A stretch of 64,000 nt of DNA from Fidelibacterota bacterium (GCA_965212055.1 OZ243041.1:864001-928000); one strand, 5' to 3'; positions 51,271-61,122 are shown, counted from the first letter of the stretch. Numbers and translations are program-made. The notes: generated by a model from the letters alone, not told the origin.

Positions 51271-52162
51271 TCTTTTTTCCCCATTTAGCAATAATTATTT
51301 TAATAATTTGCGCTCCAGACGGATAAATCCTTCCTAAATACCATTTTTTTAGAGGTTTTCTCTCATTTTTAATAATTAATGGTAATTTAAATATTCCTTC
51401 AATCATTCCTAAAAAATAATAGTGTAATGATAATGTTTTCAAAGAAAAAATAAAATTAATTGTAAAATGAAAAATTACTTCTCTTATTGCTGGTAATAAT
51501 GGATAATGTTTACATATTAACCATAAAACATTCCTAGTATTATAGTAATAAAACTTAGAAGACAATCTTGTTGTTGGCGATTCTTTGTGATATGCAACAA
51601 TATCGCTAAAATGTTGAATTTTATATCCATAGTCCAATGCTCTTATACAAACATCTTCTTCGCTAGCATAGATAAAATAATTTTTCGGTCTTAAACCAAC
51701 ATTGTCAAATAATTCTTTTTTTAAACCAACAGCACATCCAGTAAACCTATTATGTTTGGGCCAGTTTTTGGGTTCATTTTGAATTTTTTTTGAGAAAAAA
51801 TTGAAAATACGAGGATCCACAATCCCAAGAGATGGGTCATTATTAAATTTATGAACAATTTTATTAATTCCATTATCTTCAAAAAATGCATCACTATCAA
51901 GAAAAACTAAAATAGGGCCAGTAGAATTAACAATACCTACATTAAATCCTTCTTCACATCCCACATTTGACGGTAAACATATTAATTTATAATTTGGATA
52001 TAGTTGTCTTATTTCTTCAACAGTACCATCAGATGATCCATTATCAACTATAATAACTTCTAAATTAGAGTAAGTTTGTCTTTGAAGAGATTCCAAAGTT
52101 TCCAGGATATCATCTTTTCGATTCCAAGTTACAATTACTACAGATACTAATGGGTTATTCAT
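51260..52162 (-). CDS. GT2 glycosyltransferase
   Basis: VSVVIVTWN, VDNGSSDG, FLDSD, EEDVCIR. Confidence 0.9.
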   Translation of the reverse strand: MNNPLVSVVIVTWNRKDDILETLESLQRQTYSNLEVIIVDNGSSDGTVEEIRQLYPNYKLICLPSNVGCEEGFNVGIVNSTGPILVFLDSDAFFEDNGINKIVHKFNNDPSLGIVDPRIFNFFSKKIQNEPKNWPKHNRFTGCAVGLKKELFDNVGLRPKNYFIYASEEDVCIRALDYGYKIQHFSDIVAYHKESPTTRLSSKFYYYNTRNVLWLICKHYPLLPAIREVIFHFTINFIFSLKTLSLHYYFLGMIEGIFKLPLIIKNERKPLKKWYLGRIYPSGAQIIKIIIAKWGKKNEK

Positions 52163-52188
52163 TATAAAATTTTCAAATATATTAACAT

Positions 52189-53334
52189 TTATAAATCATA
52201 AAAAATAGAATTTCCTCTTTCTTTCCAAATTTTACAATTAGGATCATTGTCAATGCAAAATTGTCTTGCTAACTCCCATGAATAATTATTGTTTCCATTG
52301 TTATTAAACTGATTTAGTTCATTATTAATCGTTTTTAATAATTTTTCATCAATATTATTCTCAGATTTTGCTAATAAAACTAATAATTCAATAACTGTTA
52401 AATTTATTCTATCTTTATATATTTTTTTGTTCATCAACCATCCAAAAATTTTTCGAACAATATTTTCATAATCATTTCTATAATCTTTTATAATAGTATC
52501 CCAATCATTGTATTGTTTATTATAATATTGAGATAAAAATAACATTAAGACCTTCATATGCTCTTGCTTGTTTAAATACCATAAAGAATATAAATCTTCC
52601 TTAATATCTAGGAATGGAGAAACTTTAAATTGAGTAGCTTTCTGCACTAATTCACACCATACTTTATTATTGAAAGTTTGTTTAAAAAAAATTTCTCTTT
52701 CAATATAACTGCTATGATACTTGCCATGTAATATTAGCAATGCTGATGACCATCCTAAAATTGATTTAGATATTTGCTGATAAATCCAAAATTTTTCATT
52801 ATCTGTTATTTGAGAATCTTTCTCACCAGGATATGCTTGAAGAATAGATATAAGATAAAGCAAAAGAGGAGTTCTGCCTTCACGCAAACTTAATTTACTT
52901 GAATCAATAAATGGAATAGATTCTAATATCTTTTTATTGCCATAGAATACATATGATGCATATTTCAAATCATAGTTGGCCATAGTAGGTTTTAAATATT
53001 TTAGTTTTTTTGCTTGAATTAATTCTATATCAACTTGTCTTATCTGTATTCTTTTTAAAATTGAATTTCTTAAATCTTCTAGATCAGCGATTTCAGAATT
53101 GTCTTTTGTGATAATATATATATCATAATCATTAATGGGTTGAATATCATTATCTACAATTAAAACACTTCCTTCTCCACGCCCAAATCCTCCAGCTAAA
53201 ACAATAGATTCAATATTGGTAAATTCATTTAAGATAATCTGAGTAATTAAATCCAAATCAGAAGAAATTCTATGATATATATCTTGACTATCATGAATTG
53301 TAAATTTTGTACTATTATTGATTCTTTTATTCAT
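52189..53334 (-). CDS. Pol-beta superfamily nucleotidyltransferase-domain protein with helical C-terminal domain
   Basis: SIVLAGGFGRGEG...NDYDIYII...VDI catalytic pattern. Confidence 0.7.
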   Translation of the reverse strand: MNKRINNSTKFTIHDSQDIYHRISSDLDLITQIILNEFTNIESIVLAGGFGRGEGSVLIVDNDIQPINDYDIYIITKDNSEIADLEDLRNSILKRIQIRQVDIELIQAKKLKYLKPTMANYDLKYASYVFYGNKKILESIPFIDSSKLSLREGRTPLLLYLISILQAYPGEKDSQITDNEKFWIYQQISKSILGWSSALLILHGKYHSSYIEREIFFKQTFNNKVWCELVQKATQFKVSPFLDIKEDLYSLWYLNKQEHMKVLMLFLSQYYNKQYNDWDTIIKDYRNDYENIVRKIFGWLMNKKIYKDRINLTVIELLVLLAKSENNIDEKLLKTINNELNQFNNNGNNNYSWELARQFCIDNDPNCKIWKERGNSIFYDL

Positions 53335-53342
53335 ATAAGTAT

Positions 53343-54212
53343 TTAATTGTTTGATTGAAAAATACTTTTTATCCCATACTCTGTTGAATATTTATTTTTC
53401 TTTAAATTAAGTTTTTTCATCGTATAAGTATTATCAATGATCAGACTACCAAATAAACGTTGGTGAAATGATGGTTTTATAATCTTAAGTAATTTTTCAA
53501 AAAATATGATATTCACTAGTAAAACTTTTTTATTTAAACATTTTGCAATCAATTGAATAAGTTGTGTTGTAGAAAGAGCTTCATCATCAACAGCTAAAAA
53601 TATTCCTTTTTGTTTTAAAGAAATTATTTGATCTAAAATAAAACAAACATTCCCTACAAAAACCATACTTCGTTTATTTTTAACATTTTTAAACGGTAAA
53701 ATTGGAATTTTTTTAATCAGACTAACTAAGTTCATAAAATTAGCTTTAACTCCAAAACCATATATTAAAGGATTTCTGAGTATTGCAACTTGGAAATCTT
53801 TAGTCTCAATATTCCTTAAAAAATCTTCAGCCTTCAATTTACTAATTGAGTAATAATCAATGGGATTAGTACTGCTATTTTCGTAGTAACATATATCAGA
53901 TTCTTCACCATAAACTTTTATGGTACTTAAAAAGATAAAATGCTTAACCCCGCTTTTCTTTGCTTTTTTAGCTAATTGAAGAGTTTGGTTTACATTAATT
54001 TCTTGATATTGCTCCCATGATGCACCTTTCATCTGATGTACTAATGCGGAACAGTGAATAACTACATCAACATTACTTAAATCGAGATTTATAAAATTGT
54101 TATTGAGAAATGAAAATGTATCTATAGTATACGATGAATTATATTTTTTAAGAAAATAACTACCAACAAACCCATTAGATCCTGTTAATAAAATTCGTTT
54201 CATTGACATCAT
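53343..54212 (-). CDS. NAD-dependent sugar epimerase/4-reductase (WbpV/WbpK-like)
   Basis: TGSNGFVG, ALVHQM, STIKVYGE, YSISK, GVKANF, NKRS. Confidence 0.85.
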   Translation of the reverse strand: MMSMKRILLTGSNGFVGSYFLKKYNSSYTIDTFSFLNNNFINLDLSNVDVVIHCSALVHQMKGASWEQYQEINVNQTLQLAKKAKKSGVKHFIFLSTIKVYGEESDICYYENSSTNPIDYYSISKLKAEDFLRNIETKDFQVAILRNPLIYGFGVKANFMNLVSLIKKIPILPFKNVKNKRSMVFVGNVCFILDQIISLKQKGIFLAVDDEALSTTQLIQLIAKCLNKKVLLVNIIFFEKLLKIIKPSFHQRLFGSLIIDNTYTMKKLNLKKNKYSTEYGIKSIFQSNN

Positions 54213-54282
54213 AAGTTTACTATTTTATTTGTGTAAGTTATAGAATAATAAAAACTACAATTAGAAATAATAAGGAAAAAAA

Positions 54283-55128
54283 TTGAAAATAGGCATTCTT
54301 GGACAAGGGTATGTTGGAAGTGCAATTAAAATCGGATTTGAAAAGCACTATAAAGATATTAATACATTTGATAAGTATAGTAAGTCTAAGAGCACTGTTT
54401 CTAATCTAGAAGAACTAACAAAGTCTTCAGAAATTATATTTGTTTGTCTTCCTACACCAATGAAAGAAAATGGTGAATGTGATATTGGAATTGTTAAAAA
54501 AGAAATTGAAAAAATAAATAAATATTCTACCCACAAAAAAATTGTTGTTATTAAATCAACTGTACCTCCTGACACCACAAAAAAAATCAACAACAGCAAC
54601 AAGAATATAGATGTTATTTTTAATCCAGAATTTTTAACTGAACGAAATTTTATTGAGGATTTCAAAAAACAAAATCGAATTGTATTAGGTGGTAATCAAA
54701 AACCAGTTGATATTTTACAACAGGTCTATGGCAAAGTTTTTCCTAATATAACAATTGTTAAAACTGATTCAACGACAGCTGAAATGATTAAATATTTTAC
54801 AAACACATTTCTAGCTACTAAAGTATCTTTTTCGAATGAAATGAAAATAATTTGTGATGAGATTGATGTTGACTATGATAAAGTAGTTGAATATTCCTTG
54901 TATGATCAAAGAATAGGAAAATCACACTTAGGGGTTCCTGGCCCTGATGGGAAGCTTGGGTTTGGAGGAAGCTGTTTTCCAAAAGATATTAATGCATTAA
55001 TATATTTTGCTAAACAAAAAGGAATAGATTTAGATGTATTAAAAAGTGTTTGGGAAACAAATTTAAAAGTTAGGCCTGAAAAAGACTGGGAAAAATTAAA
55101 AGGCAGAGCAGTTATTAAAAAAGACTAA
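54283..55128 (+). CDS. short UDP-glucose/GDP-mannose dehydrogenase family protein
   Basis: GQGYVG, CLPTP, KSTVPP, NPEFL, GFGGSCFPKD; TTG start after TAAGGA. Confidence 0.88.
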   Translation: MKIGILGQGYVGSAIKIGFEKHYKDINTFDKYSKSKSTVSNLEELTKSSEIIFVCLPTPMKENGECDIGIVKKEIEKINKYSTHKKIVVIKSTVPPDTTKKINNSNKNIDVIFNPEFLTERNFIEDFKKQNRIVLGGNQKPVDILQQVYGKVFPNITIVKTDSTTAEMIKYFTNTFLATKVSFSNEMKIICDEIDVDYDKVVEYSLYDQRIGKSHLGVPGPDGKLGFGGSCFPKDINALIYFAKQKGIDLDVLKSVWETNLKVRPEKDWEKLKGRAVIKKD

Positions 55129-56150
55129 AGAGAAAGCCATCTGTCGTTTTTTAATGTCCAATCAATGGTAGATTCTAATCTATCAAATGCAGATTGAGGC
55201 TCCCAACCCATCTTTTTCATTTTAGAACCATCCAATGCATATCTTAAATCATGTCCTGGTCTTTGAGAATGGAAGTCTACCATTTCGTAGATAAGTTTTT
55301 TTGATTGAGTATCTGCTATAAATTGTGCTAACTGGAGATTATCAATCTCATTTTTACCAACAATATTAAATTTTTGACATTTAGCGCCTGTATCATCAGG
55401 CTCTATAGTCGTAATATCGTAATTATATAAAAATAATAATGCTTCGGCTACATCTTCTGCGTGAATATAATGTCTAGATCCTGCAACAGTCTTGTCTTTG
55501 TTTGCATGTACAGTAACTTTTCCACCGTCTCTTACTTTTTTAATTACCATCGGAATATATTTCTCAGGATTTTGTCTTTCTCCAAATACATTCATTGTAT
55601 GTGTTATGATACATGGGAGTTGATAAGTATTCTCAAAAGCAACTACCAGTTCTTCTGCCCCAGCTTTGGTAGCTGAATATGGATTAGTAGAATTATATCT
55701 ATCATTTTCTTTGTAATTAATACCTTTAGGCGCTGGTCCAAAGACCTCATCAGTGCTAAAATATGCAAATCTTTCTAAACCATCTAATTTTCTCGCATAA
55801 TCCAAAATATGCGCTGTCCCAACTATATTATCCATTACAAACTCTAATGGATAAGAAATTGATCTATCGACGTGTGAACCTGCAGCAAGATGGCTAATAT
55901 AATCTACTTTTCCAATGGTAGCAGTAATTTCAGGGTTCAGTTCAGCTTTTAAATCATGATGAATCACTCTAACTCTTTTTCTTTCAGGTTTAGGATAGGA
56001 AGACACTACTTCATTTAATCTGTTAAGATTCCCACTAAAATCTAATCTATCCAGTGTAACAACTTCCCAATCTGTAGTAGATAAAATTTTATCAATGACA
56101 TGATGTGCGATAAATCCTGCACCGCCTGTAATTAGTATTTTTTTACTCAT
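55125..56150 (-). CDS. dTDP-glucose 4,6-dehydratase-like
   Basis: TGGAGFI, AAGSHVDRSI, STDEVFG, PYSATKA, RPGHDLRYA. Confidence 0.88.
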   Translation of the reverse strand: MSKKILITGGAGFIAHHVIDKILSTTDWEVVTLDRLDFSGNLNRLNEVVSSYPKPERKRVRVIHHDLKAELNPEITATIGKVDYISHLAAGSHVDRSISYPLEFVMDNIVGTAHILDYARKLDGLERFAYFSTDEVFGPAPKGINYKENDRYNSTNPYSATKAGAEELVVAFENTYQLPCIITHTMNVFGERQNPEKYIPMVIKKVRDGGKVTVHANKDKTVAGSRHYIHAEDVAEALLFLYNYDITTIEPDDTGAKCQKFNIVGKNEIDNLQLAQFIADTQSKKLIYEMVDFHSQRPGHDLRYALDGSKMKKMGWEPQSAFDRLESTIDWTLKNDRWLSL

Positions 56151-56153
56151 CTG

Positions 56154-57065
56154 TTAATTTAATCCTATTTTAGATTTATAGTTTATTATCCAATCTTCTA
56201 ATTTTACTAAAGGTTCCCAATCTAATAATTTTTTTGCTTTATAAACATCAGCTAAATTTGCAAATGGTTCATTAACAGGCTTCTCATAAATTGTATTGTC
56301 CCCTATTAACTGTGCAATATCATTAATTGAAATATTTTTTCCGCTTCCGATGTTAATAACTTCTCCGTAACCAACCTTATTTGATTGCGCTGCTAAAATA
56401 TTTGCTCTTACTACATCTCCTACATAAATAAAGTCTCTTTTTTGGTTGCCATCACCATTTATAGTCATTGGAACATCATCTAAACATTGTTTTATAAATA
56501 TTCCAATAACAGCGGCATATGCTCCCTCTAAATTTTGCCTTTCTCCATAGATATTAAAGTACCTCAATGATACAGTTTCTATTTTATAAGCTTGAAAAAA
56601 CATTTTGCAACATATTTCACCATAATATTTTTGACTGGCATATGGAGATATAGGATTGGGTAAATCATTTTCAGAGGATGGTAATTTTTCTGTTGGCCCA
56701 TAAACAGATGAAGATGCACTATAAATAAATCTTCGAACTTTTGTAGCGCTTGCGCTTTTAAGCATGTTTATTGTCCCAATCGTATTATTTATTTCGTACT
56801 TAATTGGATTATCAATAGATGACTGCACTCCAACTAATGCTGCACAATGAAATACACAATCTGTGTTTTGCATAATTGTCATAAAAATATCCATATTATC
56901 AATATTGGAAATATCATAATGATGATAAAATGCTTTTGGGTTACAATTTTCTTTTTTCCCGGTAGAAAAATTATCTAATACATGAACTTCATGTCCGTCA
57001 TCAACTAAACAATCAACAAGATTACTACCAATAAATCCTGCCCCTCCTGTCACAACATATTTCAT
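56154..57065 (-). CDS. NAD-dependent nucleotide-sugar epimerase/dehydratase
   Basis: TGGAGFIGS, SSSVYG, SPYASQK, LRYFNIYG, GDGNQKRDF. Confidence 0.9.
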   Translation of the reverse strand: MKYVVTGGAGFIGSNLVDCLVDDGHEVHVLDNFSTGKKENCNPKAFYHHYDISNIDNMDIFMTIMQNTDCVFHCAALVGVQSSIDNPIKYEINNTIGTINMLKSASATKVRRFIYSASSSVYGPTEKLPSSENDLPNPISPYASQKYYGEICCKMFFQAYKIETVSLRYFNIYGERQNLEGAYAAVIGIFIKQCLDDVPMTINGDGNQKRDFIYVGDVVRANILAAQSNKVGYGEVINIGSGKNISINDIAQLIGDNTIYEKPVNEPFANLADVYKAKKLLDWEPLVKLEDWIINYKSKIGLN

Positions 57066-57068
57066 AAT

Positions 57069-58172
57069 TTATTGTATCTGATTAATTATTAATTCAACAT
57101 CATCTTCAGATAGATAAGGATGCATTGGTAAGCTCAAAATTCTTTTTGATAAATCTTCTGAAGTTGGGAAATCCCCTTTTTGGTATCTTAAATAAGAAAA
57201 TGCTTTCATTAAATGAATAGGACATTTGTAATAAATTGCCGTTGGAATATCGTTTTGCTCTAATTTTTGTATTGTTTGGTTTCTTTGTTGATCTGATTCT
57301 AACAAAATAGAAAATAATGCATGAGATGATACATAATCTTTAGGAATAGATTGGCAATTTTTTAGATTTTTTCTGTATTGAATACTTATTTTCTCTCTTA
57401 AATCTAATTCTTCATCAAAAATAGTTAATTTCTCTAGCAATACAGCGGCTTGTAGGCTATCTAAACGTCCATTCAAACCAATCAATTCACTATGATATCT
57501 ATCAGATGTAGTACCATGAATACGAATTGCTTTACATTTATTCGCTAGATAATCATCATTCGTAAAAATTGCACCTCCATCACCATAACATCCTAATGGT
57601 TTTGCTGGATAAAAAGAAGTAGCAGCCGCATCTCCAAAAGTACCTACTTTTTTATCTCTGATTGCCCCTCCAAAACTTTGTGCCGCATCCTCAAGGACTT
57701 TTAAATCATATTTTTTTGCAATTTCTTCAATAAGACGGTAGCGAGCAGGCAATCCAAACAAATCAACAGGTATAATTGCTTTTGGAGTTAATTTTCCTTC
57801 TGCAATGGTATGTTGAATGGCTAATTCTAATTTTTCACAATCTATATTAAAGGTTGACTCGTAGACATCAACAAAAATAGGGGTTGCTCCTAATAACGAA
57901 ATGACTTCAGCGGTTGCAACATAAGTAAATGGAGTCGTAAATACCGCATCTCCAGGACCTATATTCCATGCCATTAAAGGAATGAGCAATGCATCGGTAC
58001 CTGATGAACATGAAATGGCATGTTTTACCCCACAATACTCTGCTAATTTCTCCTCTAATTCAGTAACTTCTGGCCCCATAATATAGGCACCATGCTCTAA
58101 AATACGATCAAAACGTACGTTGAGGCCTTTACGAATGCGATTTTGTTGTGTTTTTAGATCAATAAAGTCCAT
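57069..58172 (-). CDS. DegT/DnrJ family sugar aminotransferase (WbpE-like)
   Basis: FIDLKTQ, SGTDAL, EDAAQSFG, SFYPAKPLGCYGDGG, NGRLD, SLPMHPY. Confidence 0.92.
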   Translation of the reverse strand: MDFIDLKTQQNRIRKGLNVRFDRILEHGAYIMGPEVTELEEKLAEYCGVKHAISCSSGTDALLIPLMAWNIGPGDAVFTTPFTYVATAEVISLLGATPIFVDVYESTFNIDCEKLELAIQHTIAEGKLTPKAIIPVDLFGLPARYRLIEEIAKKYDLKVLEDAAQSFGGAIRDKKVGTFGDAAATSFYPAKPLGCYGDGGAIFTNDDYLANKCKAIRIHGTTSDRYHSELIGLNGRLDSLQAAVLLEKLTIFDEELDLREKISIQYRKNLKNCQSIPKDYVSSHALFSILLESDQQRNQTIQKLEQNDIPTAIYYKCPIHLMKAFSYLRYQKGDFPTSEDLSKRILSLPMHPYLSEDDVELIINQIQ

Positions 58173-58270
58173 TTTCTCATGTTAAGATATTCATACCAAT
58201 TTTAAAAAGGATAATTTATTAGAAAATTTATAGGATAAGCATAGTTTTTTTATAGAGATACAATTAATGT

Positions 58271-58299
58271 TTGCAATCCTCAAATAATTGCGTCAAATT
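58271..58299 (+). promoter_or_regulatory. candidate sigma70 promoter for the TonB-dependent receptor
   Basis: TTGCAA-17 nt-CAAATT; SD AAGGAG at 58358-58363. Confidence 0.3.
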
Positions 58300-58369
58300 A
58301 TCACAAAGCACTTACTCGTGCTTTTGAATATATTAATATATGAAAGTAACCAAGAAAAAGGAGTTAACT

Positions 58370-61063
58370 ATGAATCGTACGATTCTTGGCGCGCTACTTG
58401 GAATCATTATGATTTCTGGCGCAGTTCTTGGGCAGGGTACAGTATCTGGAACCGTTACGGACGCAGATGGAAATGCCTTACCGGGAGCCAATGTTGTTGT
58501 CGACGGAACTTCTTCGGGTGCTGCTGCCACATTAAGTGGAGCATACTCAATAGATCTTCCTAATGGCACCTACACAGTAACTGCTAGCGTAGTAGGACAT
58601 AACAAATCGTCTGCTACAGTGAAAATACAGAATTCCAACGAATCTGCTAATTTCACATTGTCATCTTCATCCGTTGCGTTGGGCGGTGTTGATGTACTAG
58701 CAAATCGTGTAGACAATACTGATGCTATCTCATACGACGACTATACCAAAGCTGATATTGATTTCAGATTAGGTGGTCGTGGATTGCCGAAAGCATTGTC
58801 AACCCTCCCTAGTGTTTTTGTCGAAAACGGTGGTGGTTGGGATGATGAAAATGTATACGTTCGTGGATTTGACGATCGTTATACAGCTTATTTAATTAAT
58901 GGTGTTCCAATGAACGATATGGAAAATGGAAACCTATACTTCTCAAATTGGACTGTACTTGCTGATGTTGCATCAGTAGTACAAATACAAAGAGGAGCTG
59001 GGGCTGTTAATTTAGCTGTACCTAGTTTAGGTGGAACTGTGAACTTTATTAGTGCAGCTCCTACAACTGAAGCTGGCGTACAAATAAAGCAAGAAGTCGG
59101 TGAATACGACTTCAGTAAGACTGCAGTAACAGTAAATTCTGGATTAATAATGGACGATAAAATGACGGTTGTCATGGCAGCTTCACGTAGAACTGCAGAT
59201 CGTTTCTTTGCAACAGGAACTTATTCTGATGCATGGTCTTACTATTTTAATACATCTTATTCTATTAACGATAATAATCGTATAGAAATGGTTGCACTTG
59301 GATCTCCACAATTACATGGTCATAATTTTTGGAATAATCGTGTTTCAAATTATAGTCATGAATTAGCTAGAGATATGGGTGTAGCTGATGAAGATTTAAG
59401 AACAGAATATGGTGTAGATTGGAATCCTAGAGCTGATGAGCTAGACACTCCATACCACGGCAAACGTGCACTCGCTAGTTGGGTACCATTTGACGGTTGG
59501 AATTGGAGAGAAGCTGATCCGCATTCTTCAACGATGATTAATGAAAGAAATAATTACTTCCACAAACCAATTGTGCAAGTTAACTCTTACAATCAAGTAA
59601 GAGATGATATGCTTCTATCTACTGCGGTTTACTACTCCGGTGGTGAAGGTGGTGGTTCAGGTTCTGCTGGTTCTATAAAGTGGAAATCTGACGGTTCAGG
59701 ACGTGATTATGATGCTACAATTTTAAGAAACAGTACAGAAAATTGGGTTGATGGCTACGGTTATCAATCAGCTGGTGTCTTAAGAGGAAGTAGAAACAAT
59801 CAATATACTTATGGTGTAATGTCTAAGTTAGATTGGGATCTTTCTGAATCAACAAAGCTGACTTTCGGACTTGATGTCAGAACAGCAGAAGTTGAACACT
59901 ACAGACAAGTCTATGACTTGCTTGGTGGGGATGTATACTACAACAGTTCAAATGAAAATTGGACAACAGATCAAGAAAAATACAGAACACTTGGTGATAA
60001 AATCCAGTATGACAATACCAATACAATTGATTGGCAAGGTGGATATACACAAGTAAGCTACAATGATGGTAGTGGAGCTACTGCATTTGGTATGTTTGGT
60101 ACTACTAGTGCTAGCTATACTGTACAAGATCACTTCCAGTTAGGAGAACCAACCTTAGAAGCTGATGCTGAAACAGGTTGGCAAATGAAAGTTGGTGGTA
60201 CTTACCCTGTAAGTGACACATGGCTATTGTATGGTAACTTCAGTACTGCAAACCTAACCCCTACATTAGATAAATTAGTTGATGATGCAAATTTCATCGT
60301 AAACACTGATTTTGAAAATGAAAAGGCTACCTGGTTTGATGTTGGTGCGAGATTCCAAGCTCCTAATGGTCAATGGGCAGGTAGTTTAAACTACTACTCA
60401 TCTCAATGGTCTGACAGAGCTCAAAGCGGTGAAGTAGAAGATCTTAGTGGAAACGAATCATTCTTTAGTATTGTTGGTTTGGAAGAAAATCACTCAGGTT
60501 TAGAATATTCTATCGCGTATCAACCAATCCCAGTACTTAGAATTGACGCACGTGGTCATGTGAGTGACTGGAGATTTACTGATAATTTGAACTATACATA
60601 TTATGAAGTAAGCGGTGATCCATCCACTTCCACAAACTTTGACTTGTATGTTAAAGATGTGATGGTATCTGGAGCACCACAAGAAGCTCATAACTTGATT
60701 TTAACAGGATTCTGGAACACAATGAAAGCTTCAATTGAAGTAGAACATTTTGGAAAGCAGTATCCTAGATGGGGTTATGATGGAGCTATTCAAGACTTAG
60801 CATTCTTACTTGGCGAAGGTAATACTTTTGCTGACGATGCTTATGTTACTGATTTTAGCACTCTATATAATTTGAAATTCCAATACGGAATGAATTTAGG
60901 TGGTAAAGATGTAGTACTGAATGCTTCTGTTCATAACGCTGGTGACGAATTATATGTCGGTGACTTTGTTGACGCATATGATGGATCAGGTGATGTTGCA
61001 AATCTAAGAGTCCGTCTAGGGCAACCTAGATCTTGGGTAATTGGATTTACAATTAATTATTAA
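58370..61063 (+). CDS. TonB-dependent outer-membrane receptor with N-terminal carboxypeptidase-regulatory-like domain
   Basis: Signal peptide, SGTVTD..G.ALPGANV, plug VRGF...INGVP.ND...QRG.G...GGTVN, C-terminal GQPRSW.IGFTINY; start MNRT after AAGGAG. Confidence 0.92.
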   Translation: MNRTILGALLGIIMISGAVLGQGTVSGTVTDADGNALPGANVVVDGTSSGAAATLSGAYSIDLPNGTYTVTASVVGHNKSSATVKIQNSNESANFTLSSSSVALGGVDVLANRVDNTDAISYDDYTKADIDFRLGGRGLPKALSTLPSVFVENGGGWDDENVYVRGFDDRYTAYLINGVPMNDMENGNLYFSNWTVLADVASVVQIQRGAGAVNLAVPSLGGTVNFISAAPTTEAGVQIKQEVGEYDFSKTAVTVNSGLIMDDKMTVVMAASRRTADRFFATGTYSDAWSYYFNTSYSINDNNRIEMVALGSPQLHGHNFWNNRVSNYSHELARDMGVADEDLRTEYGVDWNPRADELDTPYHGKRALASWVPFDGWNWREADPHSSTMINERNNYFHKPIVQVNSYNQVRDDMLLSTAVYYSGGEGGGSGSAGSIKWKSDGSGRDYDATILRNSTENWVDGYGYQSAGVLRGSRNNQYTYGVMSKLDWDLSESTKLTFGLDVRTAEVEHYRQVYDLLGGDVYYNSSNENWTTDQEKYRTLGDKIQYDNTNTIDWQGGYTQVSYNDGSGATAFGMFGTTSASYTVQDHFQLGEPTLEADAETGWQMKVGGTYPVSDTWLLYGNFSTANLTPTLDKLVDDANFIVNTDFENEKATWFDVGARFQAPNGQWAGSLNYYSSQWSDRAQSGEVEDLSGNESFFSIVGLEENHSGLEYSIAYQPIPVLRIDARGHVSDWRFTDNLNYTYYEVSGDPSTSTNFDLYVKDVMVSGAPQEAHNLILTGFWNTMKASIEVEHFGKQYPRWGYDGAIQDLAFLLGEGNTFADDAYVTDFSTLYNLKFQYGMNLGGKDVVLNASVHNAGDELYVGDFVDAYDGSGDVANLRVRLGQPRSWVIGFTINY

Positions 61064-61090
61064 TCTGTAGTTTTTAGATTAGTAAAATAT

Positions 61091-61122
61091 AAAGAGGCCC
61101 TTCAGCAATGGAGGGCTTTTTT
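61091..61122. terminator. intrinsic terminator, probably bidirectional
   Basis: GAGGCCCTTCA-GCAA-TGGAGGGCTTT hairpin with T-tract on + and an A-rich flank, between convergent TBDR and dnaG. Confidence 0.8.

Larger units (their letters stand above)
24618..58172. other. mosaic surface-polysaccharide (O-antigen/capsule/LPS) biosynthesis island
   Basis: About 30 CDS dominated by sugar-nucleotide enzymes, glycosyltransferases and Wzx/Wzy/Wzz/Wza/Wzi, bounded by ahcY and the TonB-dependent receptor. Confidence 0.85.

Noticed and set aside
52189..53334. CBASS cyclase or MNT-HEPN antitoxin interpretation
   Set aside because: No adjacent effector or HEPN gene; context is entirely glycan synthesis
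58173..58369. Cobalamin or TPP riboswitch ahead of the TonB-dependent receptor
   Set aside because: No B12 box or TPP core motif and little GC-rich pairing
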